A DNA stretch of 32,399 nucleotides, from the IMG/VR virus record IMGVR_UViG_3300025018_000086, positions 1-32,399 of that record. The stretch is one strand, 5' to 3'. A program made the translations under genes and the position numbers. This DNA is from a virus. Taxonomy: Duplodnaviria; Caudoviricetes. Positions 8,271 to 18,035 of the stretch are shown here, in pieces; positions within the stretch are counted from its first letter, which is position 1, and every line of letters starts with the position of its first letter. The notes below the pieces were generated by a model. It was not told the origin of the DNA, did not search any database, and was given only the letters and a program-made list of their open reading frames with translations.

Positions 8271-8623
8271 GCAAGGCCCAGCTCGACCACTACCGCAAGA
8301 ATTCCGAACAAATAATAGACGACTGGCTATTTAGTAATGTAGACCTGCTATCGAGCGAGTACGGCTGGCCGCTCGAGCAGGTGTATTATCATGTATACCC
8401 TACGGACCTGCCGCACTTAAAAAACCGTATCGAAAAACGCCACAAGGTAAAAATACGCGAGCAGCTGATCGTGGCATACAATAGCCAGGACCGCGAACTA
8501 ACGCAAAAGCTGCTAGACGAGCTGCAGGACCACGACGAGAGCTACGTAAATAGGCCCTACAATAAAACGGCTGTGGAGCTGTTTAAAAACCAGGTGGCAC
8601 GAAATAGGGTATTTGCTAAATAA
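8204..8623 (+). CDS. Tail assembly chaperone gpGT extension via -1 frameshift
   Basis: -1 frame is open from the A7 run to TAA 8623 (SSGGIPQ...LLSSEYGWPLEQVYY...). Confidence 0.8.
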   Translation, partial: KKSSGGIPQAQNGQAQPGEPSLSKAQLDHYRKNSEQIIDDWLFSNVDLLSSEYGWPLEQVYYHVYPTDLPHLKNRIEKRHKVKIREQLIVAYNSQDRELTQKLLDELQDHDESYVNRPYNKTAVELFKNQVARNRVFAK

Positions 8624-8626
8624 AAG

Positions 8627-8652
8627 TAACGCGCTAGTGCTACAATTATGGT
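8627..8652 (+). promoter_or_regulatory. Leaderless promoter/operator of the tape measure gene
   Basis: TAACGCGCTAGTGC-TACAAT-TATGGT-ATG; 22 nt identical to the portal promoter. Confidence 0.75.
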
Positions 8653-10647
8653 ATGGCAGCATTTGAGCTAGGCAGCATAATTGCCCGTATAAAAGCAGAC
8701 ACCACCGACTTTAAAAAGGGCATGGACGAGGCCCGCCGCGACGGTGGGCGTTTTAACGGTGCCCTGGGTGCTATAGCTACAGGTGCTAAGGTGGTAGCAG
8801 GCGCAGCGATCGCTGCAGGCGTGGCTATTGGCGGTATAGGTGTATTCGGTATAAATTCCGCTGCAGGCCTAGAGAGTACCCACGCAGCATTTACCACAAT
8901 GCTTAAGGACGGGGCCAAGGCCAGTGCCCTAATGGACGAGCTAAATAAATTTGCCGCCGAAACGCCTTTTGAATTCCCAGAGCTCGCAGACGCAGGTAAA
9001 AAGCTGCTCGCCTTTGGTGTAGCCAGCAATGATATAGTGCCGCAGCTTACTAAGCTGGGCGATATTGCTAGTGGCCTGGGTATTCCCCTGGGCGAATTAT
9101 CGGAGCTTTACGGTAAGGCAAAAGTACAGGGCCGCCTGTACATGGAGGACGTGAACCAGCTAACGGGCCGCGGTATTCCAGTAATACAGGAATTTGCCAA
9201 GCAGTTTAAAGTAAGCGAGGGCGAGGTCCGCGGGCTCGTAGAGCAGGGTAAAATAGGCTTCCCTGAGCTGCAAAAAGCTATTGACGGCATGACGAGCAGC
9301 GGCGGCCAATTCGAGGGCGGTATGCTGCGCCAGAGTAAGACCTTTAGCGGCATGATAAGTACATTCCAGGACAACCTGGGCGCTTTTGCTCGCAAGCTCG
9401 TAGGTATGAACAACGACGGAACGATCGTAGAGGGCGGCATATTTGATAAGGTCCGCGGTGCCCTGGCTGGCTTACTCGACTGGCTAAATGCTAACGGCGA
9501 CACTGTAATTAGCGTTATTACTGGCGTAGTTACCACGATCGTAGGCGGCTTAACTACAATGGTGGACTGGATAAGCGCCAATATCATACCTGCGCTGCAG
9601 GAGGCTTATACCTGGGTAGCTGAGAACTGGGGCCCCGCGCTCGAGGCCGTAGGCAGCTATATTACTGAAACATTAGTGCCAGGCTTTGAAACATTAGTAG
9701 AGGGGCTGGGCAAGCTCGTAGAGGGCTTTAGCACTGGTAAATTTGCTGGCGACGGCTTTTTTGGCTTTATGCAAAACCTAGGTGCTTACATTAGCGGCGT
9801 ATTTAGTACGGTAATGAGCATATTAAAAATGGCATTTGATGTACTATGGCCAAGCATTAAAGGCCTGTGGGACGTTATTGCTAACCAGCTGCTACCGTCC
9901 CTAATGAACCTGTGGAGCGTGCTAGCGCCTGTGCTGCTGCCTATTTTGCAGGTATTAGCTACGATCGTAGGCGGCGTAGTAGTAGGTGCCCTCTGGCTTG
10001 TGATAAACGTAATTAAAATAGTGGCTAGCATATTCGCTGGCCTGGTCCAGGGCCTAGCCTGGGGTATTGGCCTTATGCGCGTTTACTTTGCAGGGGTATG
10101 GGAATTTATTAGCCTACCGTTTAGGCTCGCATTTGCATTTATTACTGGCGGCTGGAACGGTGTAATGGACGTTATACGTGGCATACCTGGGCGAATTGTA
10201 AGCAGCCTGGGCGGCGTAGGCGAGGCCATTATGAAACCGTTTAGAGCTGCGCTAGATTGGATAGGCGAAAAAATGGCCTGGGCCAAGGAGCAGCTAGACA
10301 AACTAAACCCATTCCACCGCAATAGCCCTAGCCTTATTGACTGGATTACTAAAGGTACCGACGTAATTAAAGACCAGTACGGCACGCTGTACAGCGCCCT
10401 AGGCGATATGCAGGTAAGTGGAGTAGACCCAGCCGTAACGGGCGACCTAGCCACCACTGCGCTATCCACAGCGGCTGCAGGCACGCCTATAGAGGGACGA
10501 GCTGCAGGCGGTGGCGATACGTTTATAATAAAAATGGACGGAATACTCGCAGAGAGCCCAGCAGCAATGCGCCGCCTCGGTGGCCAGCTGATCGAGCGCG
10601 TAAATGAGGAAAAGCGAGCCCAGGGTAAAAAGGAGATAGGTAGCTAA
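8653..10647 (+). CDS. Tape measure protein
   Basis: FAAETPFEFPEL...GRLYMEDVNQLTGRGIP tape-measure domain, W/F-periodic amphipathic repeats, HRNSPS motif. Confidence 0.93.
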   Translation: MAAFELGSIIARIKADTTDFKKGMDEARRDGGRFNGALGAIATGAKVVAGAAIAAGVAIGGIGVFGINSAAGLESTHAAFTTMLKDGAKASALMDELNKFAAETPFEFPELADAGKKLLAFGVASNDIVPQLTKLGDIASGLGIPLGELSELYGKAKVQGRLYMEDVNQLTGRGIPVIQEFAKQFKVSEGEVRGLVEQGKIGFPELQKAIDGMTSSGGQFEGGMLRQSKTFSGMISTFQDNLGAFARKLVGMNNDGTIVEGGIFDKVRGALAGLLDWLNANGDTVISVITGVVTTIVGGLTTMVDWISANIIPALQEAYTWVAENWGPALEAVGSYITETLVPGFETLVEGLGKLVEGFSTGKFAGDGFFGFMQNLGAYISGVFSTVMSILKMAFDVLWPSIKGLWDVIANQLLPSLMNLWSVLAPVLLPILQVLATIVGGVVVGALWLVINVIKIVASIFAGLVQGLAWGIGLMRVYFAGVWEFISLPFRLAFAFITGGWNGVMDVIRGIPGRIVSSLGGVGEAIMKPFRAALDWIGEKMAWAKEQLDKLNPFHRNSPSLIDWITKGTDVIKDQYGTLYSALGDMQVSGVDPAVTGDLATTALSTAAAGTPIEGRAAGGGDTFIIKMDGILAESPAAMRRLGGQLIERVNEEKRAQGKKEIGS

Positions 10648-10648
10648 T

Positions 10649-11014
10649 ATGGCCATGGTAATTAAACTAAACAGTGTAACGCTGCCGAAACACGCCAAGC
10701 TAAAGGAAAAGACCAGCGACCAGATCGCTAAAAACCGTGCCCTGAGCGGCGAGCTTACGGTGGACTTCTGGGCCTCTATTCGCGCCTGGTCCGTAGACTT
10801 CCCTATTTTGGATATGGCCGACTGGGACGCAATGCAAGCTATTTACATGAGCCAATACACTACAGGCAATATGGTACACCTCGAAATTATTAGCCCAGAC
10901 GTAAACGTAGACACCTACGGCTTTATGGCTGCGCCTGAGCGGAATATACGCTGGGGTGGCCAGGTAGTAGACGGCTTTGGCTTTGACATCGAGGAGGCCT
11001 ATGCAAACAGTTAG
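10649..11014 (+). CDS. Distal tail protein (Dit-like)
   Basis: 121 aa right after TMP; RALSGELTVD..RAWSVDF pattern. Confidence 0.65.
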   Translation: MAMVIKLNSVTLPKHAKLKEKTSDQIAKNRALSGELTVDFWASIRAWSVDFPILDMADWDAMQAIYMSQYTTGNMVHLEIISPDVNVDTYGFMAAPERNIRWGGQVVDGFGFDIEEAYANS

Positions 11015-12578
11015 CACCGAATTTACCACGCGAACTAATAACAGGGTCCGCAAATTAAAGGCTGCAGCGCAGATCGCTTTTACTAAAACGAAAAGCCTAA
11101 GCACCCAGTATTTTACTGTGGGCATTAGCACCGTAGGCGGTCCCGACCCAATAGGCCCACCCGACAACGTAGGCGATATTACCGAGTGGGATAAATACGA
11201 GTATACCGACTATAGCAGCCGTATTTTAAGCATGGAGGCTACCCACGAGCAGGATATAACGGGTAACTTTACTATGGCTATCGCAGACCTAGAGCTGCAG
11301 AATACCGACGACTTATTTACGCCAGACGTAGACCCTACTATAGGCGCATTTGTACAGAGCCCACGCAGGCCGCTGCGCCTTAGCGCTGGCTTTGGTGCGC
11401 AAACGGTCCCTATTTTTGTGGGCCTAACTGAAAAAGCCCCCAGCCTAAGCGAGGACAAAAAAACGGCTAAATTCCACGCGATCGACTTTATTAAAAGCAT
11501 TAGCGAGATTAAAATAACCCAGTCCGAAATGTACGTGGACCAGCGTATAGACCAGGTAATAAATGACCTGCTTATTACTTATGCTGGCCTGAGCCCAACG
11601 CAATACACACTAGACCCTGGTATGCGAGCCGTGCCATTTATTTACTTTAAAAAGGACACTACGCTAGGCCGTGCAATACAGCAGCTATGCCAGAGCGAGC
11701 TAGCTACGTTTTTCGAGGACGAGGCGGGCGTGCTGCGCCTATGGAACCGCCAGCACCTAGTAGCAAATACTACGCCAGTATGGACCTTTAACCGTGATAA
11801 TTGCCGCGAAATTACCTACCCAGACGCTAAAAATGTGATAAACACGGTAGAGGTATTTAGCAATGTGCGCAAGGTCCAGGCTAACCAAAAACTCTGGGAA
11901 CTGGCCAGCGCTACCAAGGTCCCGCCTGGCGGCACGCTCGAGCTATTCGGAGATTTTAGGGACGACTACGGCGACCTGCCAGTAACCACAATAGATACCC
12001 CCGCCTACCTATCCAGCGCCACTACCAGCTACTATTCGACTAATACGGCCCAGGACGGCACGGCCGACGCAGCTAACACTAATATAAGCGTAACGAGCTT
12101 TAGCCAATTCGCTACAGGCTTTAAGGTGGTATTTGAGAACACAGCCGCCTATGAGATTTACATAACTGGCCTGGAAATTTTTGCGCGACCTGCCAAGGTA
12201 ATTAGCGAAATATACACCTTTGCCCAGGACGCTACCAGCGTAGGCAAGTACGAGGAGCAGGCCTACACGATCGAAAACGATTATATACAGAGTGAGGTAT
12301 TTGCTAAGACAATAAGCACTATGCTGATCGCTGACCGCAGCAACCCTAGCGGGGTCCGCGAGATCGAGGTAACGCGTGGAGTGCCGCAGCTGCAAATAGG
12401 CGACCTCGTAACCTTTGACGACGGCAAAACTAGCGGCACCTACTACGTGCAAAAAAAGACCACCAGCGTAGGCAAGGGCGGCCTGGTCCAGGTGCTAACA
12501 CTCGTAAAGCGGACCATACAGAGCTACTTTACTGTAGGTATTAGTATGGTAGGCGGTACCGACGTAATTGCACCATAG
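11001..12578 (+). CDS. Tail tip / hub (Tal-like) protein
   Basis: SD GAGGAGG before ATG 11001; NTDDLFTP, PIFVGL, FFEDEAGVLR and PQLQIGDLV motifs. Confidence 0.75.
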   Translation: MQTVSTEFTTRTNNRVRKLKAAAQIAFTKTKSLSTQYFTVGISTVGGPDPIGPPDNVGDITEWDKYEYTDYSSRILSMEATHEQDITGNFTMAIADLELQNTDDLFTPDVDPTIGAFVQSPRRPLRLSAGFGAQTVPIFVGLTEKAPSLSEDKKTAKFHAIDFIKSISEIKITQSEMYVDQRIDQVINDLLITYAGLSPTQYTLDPGMRAVPFIYFKKDTTLGRAIQQLCQSELATFFEDEAGVLRLWNRQHLVANTTPVWTFNRDNCREITYPDAKNVINTVEVFSNVRKVQANQKLWELASATKVPPGGTLELFGDFRDDYGDLPVTTIDTPAYLSSATTSYYSTNTAQDGTADAANTNISVTSFSQFATGFKVVFENTAAYEIYITGLEIFARPAKVISEIYTFAQDATSVGKYEEQAYTIENDYIQSEVFAKTISTMLIADRSNPSGVREIEVTRGVPQLQIGDLVTFDDGKTSGTYYVQKKTTSVGKGGLVQVLTLVKRTIQSYFTVGISMVGGTDVIAP

Positions 12579-12621
12579 TAAAATTTAAAGTATTAGTGCT
12601 AAAATATAGCTAGAGGATAAT

Positions 12622-13056
12622 ATGCCCACAATAACAGATAGCCAACTCGACGAACTACTAAGCAAAATGGACCCTAAAATGGCGGCCCATTATCGTAGTA
12701 CGCTTGCGGGGGACGTGGCGGCTGTTTATTGTATGAGCAAAACCTGCAAGGGCCGTAAGATCGGAGCCCAGAACGCAGCTGGCCAGTGGGTAGGTAATAC
12801 ACCTACTAAAAAAAGCGGCTTACTGAGCACTCGCGCCCGCTTTGACGGGCATACTGGCTTTAGGTGCCGCTGTGGTGCCTCGAGCATTACTAGCCCTGCA
12901 GAGAGTGGAATTATTACAAGCGAGGCACCTACTCGTAAAGCCCTCGCTGAGGTATACGAGCGACAACAGAAAAACCCAGCCAAGATTACGGAGCACGCCG
13001 ACGGCACCGTAACAGTAGACGGCTTTAAGATCGAGCAGTTAAGGAGTATTGCGTAA
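12622..13056 (+). CDS. Hypothetical protein with Cys motifs (Cx4C...CxC)
   Basis: YCMSKTCKG and FRCRCGA; own TGCTAAAAT extended -10 at 12597-12605. Confidence 0.7.
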   Translation: MPTITDSQLDELLSKMDPKMAAHYRSTLAGDVAAVYCMSKTCKGRKIGAQNAAGQWVGNTPTKKSGLLSTRARFDGHTGFRCRCGASSITSPAESGIITSEAPTRKALAEVYERQQKNPAKITEHADGTVTVDGFKIEQLRSIA

Positions 13057-13736
13057 TGGCCCTAGATTACCTACCAAGCCCAGGCTGGGCTGTTATTTAT
13101 GGGGAAACCCCGAGCGCCACAAGGTGGTCCGAATTAGGCGACAATGACGACGCGCTAGCAACTGGCGCGGGCATTGACGACCTGGCTATTATAAACAGAC
13201 ATATTGGACCTGGAGCCGTAACTGCAAACGAAACTACTGGTATATGGTGGGAGGAGCTAGCCAGGACTACAGTATCAGTCGCTGGAGATTTAATAACACT
13301 CACCCCAATAACTGCAAAAAAATATATACGAATAATAGCAGTGCTAAAGGCTACTGGTGGAACTATAGATAGTAGGATTAGATTTAATAACGATAGCGGC
13401 AATAATTATGCGTACAACTCTTTGTATAGCAACTCTGGTACACCTACTTTTGACCCAGGTATATTACAAGCAGGCATAAATGGCGAGGCGTTCACTTTAG
13501 TAAGTGGCGGTAGCGTACTTATTGACATTGGCGGCCAGAACCACTCTGGCGTATATAAACAGTTCGTAGGTGGCAGCATTAGCGATACAGTTACGGCGGC
13601 CTCTACTGCCCCAGTCCCTTATACAATTTACGCAAAATGGGCCTCTACTGCCCAGATTACTAGAGTTGATGTAGTAAATAATGGGACTGGAGATTTTGCG
13701 ATAGGGTCCGAGGTTATAGTATTAGGACACGACTAA
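13056..13736 (+). CDS. Putative tail fibre / receptor-binding protein
   Basis: Short N-terminal anchor, then WEELARTT...IRFNNDSGNNY...AQITRVDV..GDFAIGSEVIVLG beta domain; atypical composition. Confidence 0.6.
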   Translation: MALDYLPSPGWAVIYGETPSATRWSELGDNDDALATGAGIDDLAIINRHIGPGAVTANETTGIWWEELARTTVSVAGDLITLTPITAKKYIRIIAVLKATGGTIDSRIRFNNDSGNNYAYNSLYSNSGTPTFDPGILQAGINGEAFTLVSGGSVLIDIGGQNHSGVYKQFVGGSISDTVTAASTAPVPYTIYAKWASTAQITRVDVVNNGTGDFAIGSEVIVLGHD

Positions 13737-13737
13737 A

Positions 13738-14253
13738 ATGGGCAAGGGTAATTTAGCTACCCGCAATACTGCAATACCTTTTAGAGCAGTGGCCTGGGGT
13801 CCTATGGACCTCTATAGTGCTTTTGGCGATAAAGATAATGGCAACCTAGCGGGGGGCCTTATTCGCTTTGTACGGCCTTTTGCTGGCGATATTATCACAG
13901 CTAAGCTAACTGTGATAGGAACGGCACCAACAGGCGGCACGGCCCAAATACGCCTATATAAGGGCGATTTTGCAGCCGACGGGGTAACTCGATTAACGAG
14001 CTACACCGCGGACCGCATTGCAGCGGACCACAAGGCTATTACTGGGCGCGACACACCATTTAGCTTTACGAGCGGGTCCCCGCTGCTGATCGACGGCGTA
14101 GACCTTATGCGCATTATTACTAAAGAGGGCGACGCGGACTATAACGAGGACGGATTTATTTTAGGGGTAGAGGTAACGGGAGTGCCAAACCCTACCACCT
14201 ACCTATACAGAGAGTTTAAACTCGACTGCACCGCGCAAATGGGGGTGCTATGA
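13738..14253 (+). CDS. Hypothetical beta-rich protein, probably virion-associated
   Basis: Tightly packed in the tail operon; alternating hydrophobic strands. Confidence 0.7.
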   Translation: MGKGNLATRNTAIPFRAVAWGPMDLYSAFGDKDNGNLAGGLIRFVRPFAGDIITAKLTVIGTAPTGGTAQIRLYKGDFAADGVTRLTSYTADRIAADHKAITGRDTPFSFTSGSPLLIDGVDLMRIITKEGDADYNEDGFILGVEVTGVPNPTTYLYREFKLDCTAQMGVL

Positions 14254-14780
14254 GCAATAGCGGCTTTTGCCCTGTAGGCCGACCAGACGCAATGCTCGAG
14301 GACGCTACTTTTTTGTTTTTTGTCTACTGCGGCGGTATGGGTGGTGGCGGCTGCGTGCTGCCTATGGGAATTACTGGCCTAACATACCCCGTAAAAATTC
14401 CTAAATTTATTACCCGCAATACTAAGCTGATATTTGAAAACCCAGAATTCGGCGGCATACGCATTTACAGTAATGGCGGCCCTGCAGGTATTTGCCCAGA
14501 TAGCCTAGGCGCAGAGGTGCCTTTTTATATGGCGCTGAGCGTGGACGGGCTACTAACTGGGGCCCAGATAATGGCGCAAGGGGTCCAGCTGAGCGGTACA
14601 CTTCCCTACTCTATAGAATTTACCGAGCTTAAAATACCGCAGCCGCTGCACCCAGACTGGGACGGCAATATATACGTGCAGCTATACTGGGGTAATGCGG
14701 GCTATATAAATGGAGCTGGCGCGGTGCCTACCGACGGGACCCTAAAAATAATTAAACACGACTACGAGATAGTACAATGA
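14250..14780 (+). CDS. Hypothetical protein, probably virion-associated
   Basis: ATGA overlaps on both sides. Confidence 0.7.
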   Translation: MSNSGFCPVGRPDAMLEDATFLFFVYCGGMGGGGCVLPMGITGLTYPVKIPKFITRNTKLIFENPEFGGIRIYSNGGPAGICPDSLGAEVPFYMALSVDGLLTGAQIMAQGVQLSGTLPYSIEFTELKIPQPLHPDWDGNIYVQLYWGNAGYINGAGAVPTDGTLKIIKHDYEIVQ

Positions 14781-15268
14781 GCCAGAGCACTAAAGTACAC
14801 TTTTACGATCATACGCTGCGCAGCGCTGCGACTGGCCAGCTATCACTGTGCCGCGATAAAGCATACTTTTACCTGGTAGCACCTAAAAACGCCCAGACGA
14901 TCGAAAATATGTATATGCACCTAAAAATTACCTTTGACGCAGCAGTGCCCATAGGTAACAGGGTAATTAAATATATTGGCATTGGTAACGAATATCCGCT
15001 ATTTATAGAGCAGGACCCCAGCGGGTATTTTAACAAGCTGGACCTAAACCTGGCGGCCGACGCAATTACGCGTAAAATAGATTTAAGGCTTAATTTGACC
15101 CCACTGCTTAAAAAGGAAAATGCAGGCTGGCGGGACCGCTTTAATGCTGATACAGATTTGACCTATATAATAATTAAAACAGCCGACGATAATAGAGATA
15201 TTAACACGGTAGCGAGCGTAGAATTATGCAAGGTGGACGCACTTTACACTACCACGGGAATACGGTAG
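14777..15268 (+). CDS. Hypothetical beta-rich protein
   Basis: ATGA overlap; size and pattern similar to 13738-14253. Confidence 0.7.
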   Translation: MSQSTKVHFYDHTLRSAATGQLSLCRDKAYFYLVAPKNAQTIENMYMHLKITFDAAVPIGNRVIKYIGIGNEYPLFIEQDPSGYFNKLDLNLAADAITRKIDLRLNLTPLLKKENAGWRDRFNADTDLTYIIIKTADDNRDINTVASVELCKVDALYTTTGIR

Positions 15269-15345
15269 AACACCCGCGGCCTAGCCGCAAAAACCGCGAG
15301 AGGCGTATTTTTAGAGGTGCCGCCCAGGAGCACCCAGACAAGATT

Positions 15346-15555
15346 ATGGCCGACGAGCCGAGGGTATGCGCTATGCTGCGCTGCGTATGGTGCGGGGTAG
15401 ACTTTGAGGACTACCGCATAGCGTGCCCGCGCTGCACGTGCTGCCAATACTGCGGCATGATCGTAAGCGCCCCAGACCGCTGCCACACCTGTAATAATTA
15501 CCTGCCAGACGAGCTAAAACCTAAGGACCCGCCGCGCCGTATCATCGTGGCCTAA
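15346..15555 (+). CDS. Cys-rich double zinc-ribbon protein (start uncertain, ORF open from 15226)
   Basis: CVWC...CPRC-T-CCQYC...CHTC. Confidence 0.6.
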   Translation: MADEPRVCAMLRCVWCGVDFEDYRIACPRCTCCQYCGMIVSAPDRCHTCNNYLPDELKPKDPPRRIIVA

Positions 15556-15683
15556 AATTATTTACTCGAGTGCCATAAGTGTTACAATATGCTTATGTAT
15601 TTATTGCAAAATAAACAGATTAAAAAGCGGCTTTTAGCCAATTATTTTACAGCCTTTTTAAGCGCTAGTATTATAATGAGAGT

Positions 15684-16082
15684 ATGCAAGCCGCTAACAC
15701 TAGGAGCCCGTACCGTATGAACTTGCCAGACGCTGCCGTAATTGCAGCAGTTACTGGGCTTTTTGGATTTTTAGCCCTTATACCCGCCTACCTGATTAAC
15801 CGCCGCGCAGCACGCCGCGACGATTTTAACGCCGCCCAGGACGCTAATATAAAAGCCTTTGAGGCCATAAATAAGCTATACAGCGAGCAGAGCAAACGCC
15901 TGGACGAGGTAGTGGCTGACAATAACCACTATAGGACCGAGAACGCCCGCCTTATGAAACGTAACGAAAAGCTAGAGGACGAAAACCGCGCCCTGCTTAA
16001 AGAAAACACAGGGCTAAAGGCTGACGTATCAGACCTAACCAAACGCGTTAAGGTCCTCGAGGGCCGCAAGCGCAATGCCTGA
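15684..16082 (+). CDS. Membrane-anchored coiled-coil protein of the lysis cassette
   Basis: N-terminal TM (AAVIAAVTGLFGFLALIPAYLI), then heptads; leaderless start 15684 (TATAAT 15672-15677) or SD-led start 15717. Confidence 0.75.
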   Translation: MQAANTRSPYRMNLPDAAVIAAVTGLFGFLALIPAYLINRRAARRDDFNAAQDANIKAFEAINKLYSEQSKRLDEVVADNNHYRTENARLMKRNEKLEDENRALLKENTGLKADVSDLTKRVKVLEGRKRNA

Positions 16083-16590
16083 AAAACAATTCTGGGCTAG
16101 GGCCCCTATTTATATCGTAATATGCGTACTGCTGGGCTTTGTGATCGCAGGGCTACTGGCCCAAAATATCCAGCTTAAAAATGACCTTGCAGAGGTAAAG
16201 ACTGAGCAGCGCGAGCAGCAGGCTAAAACCGAGGACGTGCAGCGCCAGGCCGACCGTATCATAGCCTACCTACGCTGTATATCGCTTACGCCAGTGGGCG
16301 AGCGAACCCCTGAACTTATCGACAAATGCCTAACCGAGGACCTGCCACCGCAATTATCCACAGGGCCCGAAACAGGCGGGACGAGTTTTTTAGCCCCCGC
16401 CCCTGATAATGGGGCCAGGCAACAGCCTAACCAGCCTGTGGATAACTCGCCAGGAAACAGTGGACAAACCCCCGCGAACCCAGCAAACCCGCAGACAGAA
16501 AACCCACAACAGCCAGGCCTACTAACACCTATTTTAAACCCCCTATGCACTAACCTTACGCCACGCGCTTGTGCTACACTAGGCTTATGA
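16075..16590 (+). CDS. Membrane-anchored coiled-coil / Pro-rich protein of the lysis cassette
   Basis: TM IYIVICVLLGFVIAGLLA, coiled coil, Cys pair, P/Q/N-rich linker, C-terminal Cys pair. Confidence 0.75.
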   Translation: MPEKQFWARAPIYIVICVLLGFVIAGLLAQNIQLKNDLAEVKTEQREQQAKTEDVQRQADRIIAYLRCISLTPVGERTPELIDKCLTEDLPPQLSTGPETGGTSFLAPAPDNGARQQPNQPVDNSPGNSGQTPANPANPQTENPQQPGLLTPILNPLCTNLTPRACATLGL

Positions 16591-16624
16591 ACATAAGCGC
16601 TAACTACGGGAGGAAACAGTAAAA

Positions 16625-18031
16625 ATGGGATATAGATTAGACTGGGTAGCAAGCCCAAACTTTACACCTGGTGCACAGACCCAGGCATTTTACGGCCGAC
16701 CCCGCAGCATAATTGGCGGCGCAGGCCACTGGTGGAACTGGCCCCGCAGCGGTGCTAACCACGACGGCATAGTGGCCTATATGGCAAACGCAGCACGCCA
16801 GGCGGCACCGCACGCGGTCCTAAGCGCTGAGCGTGTTACTGAAATGGTCCGCGACTGGGATACTGCCTGGTGCACAGCTGCAGCAAACCCGTATACTTTT
16901 GCTATCGAGATCGACCCCCGCATTATGTTTAAATGGGGCTACGACAACCCCAGCGCTGCAGAGCGTGCCCTGGGCGAGCGCATATTCCAGACGCTATGCG
17001 AATATATAGCCGACAAGGGCTATGCTAATTTGCCATGGAAACCGCACAACGTATGGGCACCTGGCACCCAGTGCAACCCTATACCTTACGACGAGGTTAT
17101 GGCTCGAGCCCGCCAGATCGTGGCCGAGCGTGCAGCACCTAAGGTAAAAGAGCAGAGCCGCGACGTATATAGCCCTACTAAAAAGTTTATTGTGGTCCGC
17201 GACTGCATACTCGAAAACATACCAGGCGGCGGCAAGGTGGGCGACAAAACCTACAGAGCTGGCGAGCTGATCGACATAAAGCAGCGCCTTGTAATGACCG
17301 ACGGCAGCGTATGGTACCGCACGCCGTATAGCTCGGACAATGAGCTGGCCACTGGCTTTAGAGATCAAAACATAGACGAATACGTGCCGACCCCTGAGTG
17401 GCAAAAAAACCTAGTGGACACGGCCGACGTAAAGCTATACGTACTGCCAGCAGAGGGCACGCCTGTAATAAACTTATCCACAGGCCAGCCAATACCTGAG
17501 AGCGTAATAGCTAAAGGTACCGCGGTGGATATTGCTAAGACGACGACCGTAGGCGGCAAGCGCTACCTTATTAGCTCGTATGCTGCTAGCCGCGCAATGC
17601 CAAACGGTATACTGGCCGACCACCTGGGCGCACTTGCTGAGCCGCCTAAACAGGAAAAACCAGAATGGCTGCAGCACCTGGACGACATCGAGGACGTAAC
17701 AATGTACACCCGTGCCGAGGTCCCGCTAGTAAACTTGCTCGACGGTAGCACGATTAAAATGCTGCCAATAAATACGCCTGTAGAGATCGCAACAGCCACC
17801 GAGTGGGGCGGTAACGATTATATGCTGAGCAAATACGCAACCGACAAGGGCCTGCCGCACGGTATACTCGTGGCCCATTTAGACAAGGACCCAATTAAGC
17901 AGCCTGATACCCCAGCAGAACCAGCCCCAGAGCAGCCAAGCCTGGAGCAGCGCGTAAGCGCCCTGGAGCGTATCGTGGCCGCTATTAAAAAGTGGGTAAA
18001 AGACAAATTTAACATAGATTTAGGAGTATAA
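16625..18031 (+). CDS. Endolysin: N-acetylmuramoyl-L-alanine amidase (Amidase_2-like) with repeated C-terminal binding domains
   Basis: SPNFT, GHWW, PHAV, DTAW..AN...AIEI and PH...TQC zinc-amidase motifs; three SH3-like repeats. Confidence 0.88.
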   Translation: MGYRLDWVASPNFTPGAQTQAFYGRPRSIIGGAGHWWNWPRSGANHDGIVAYMANAARQAAPHAVLSAERVTEMVRDWDTAWCTAAANPYTFAIEIDPRIMFKWGYDNPSAAERALGERIFQTLCEYIADKGYANLPWKPHNVWAPGTQCNPIPYDEVMARARQIVAERAAPKVKEQSRDVYSPTKKFIVVRDCILENIPGGGKVGDKTYRAGELIDIKQRLVMTDGSVWYRTPYSSDNELATGFRDQNIDEYVPTPEWQKNLVDTADVKLYVLPAEGTPVINLSTGQPIPESVIAKGTAVDIAKTTTVGGKRYLISSYAASRAMPNGILADHLGALAEPPKQEKPEWLQHLDDIEDVTMYTRAEVPLVNLLDGSTIKMLPINTPVEIATATEWGGNDYMLSKYATDKGLPHGILVAHLDKDPIKQPDTPAEPAPEQPSLEQRVSALERIVAAIKKWVKDKFNIDLGV

Positions 18032-18035
18032 AGCT

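Noticed and set aside
10462-10470. CTATCCACA as an additional DnaA box
   Set aside because: One mismatch to consensus; such matches are expected by chance, so excluded from counts
13215-13245. GTAACTGCAAACGAAACTAC resembling a tmRNA resume/tag region
   Set aside because: Lies in frame inside the fibre gene; no tRNA-like ends or tag stop
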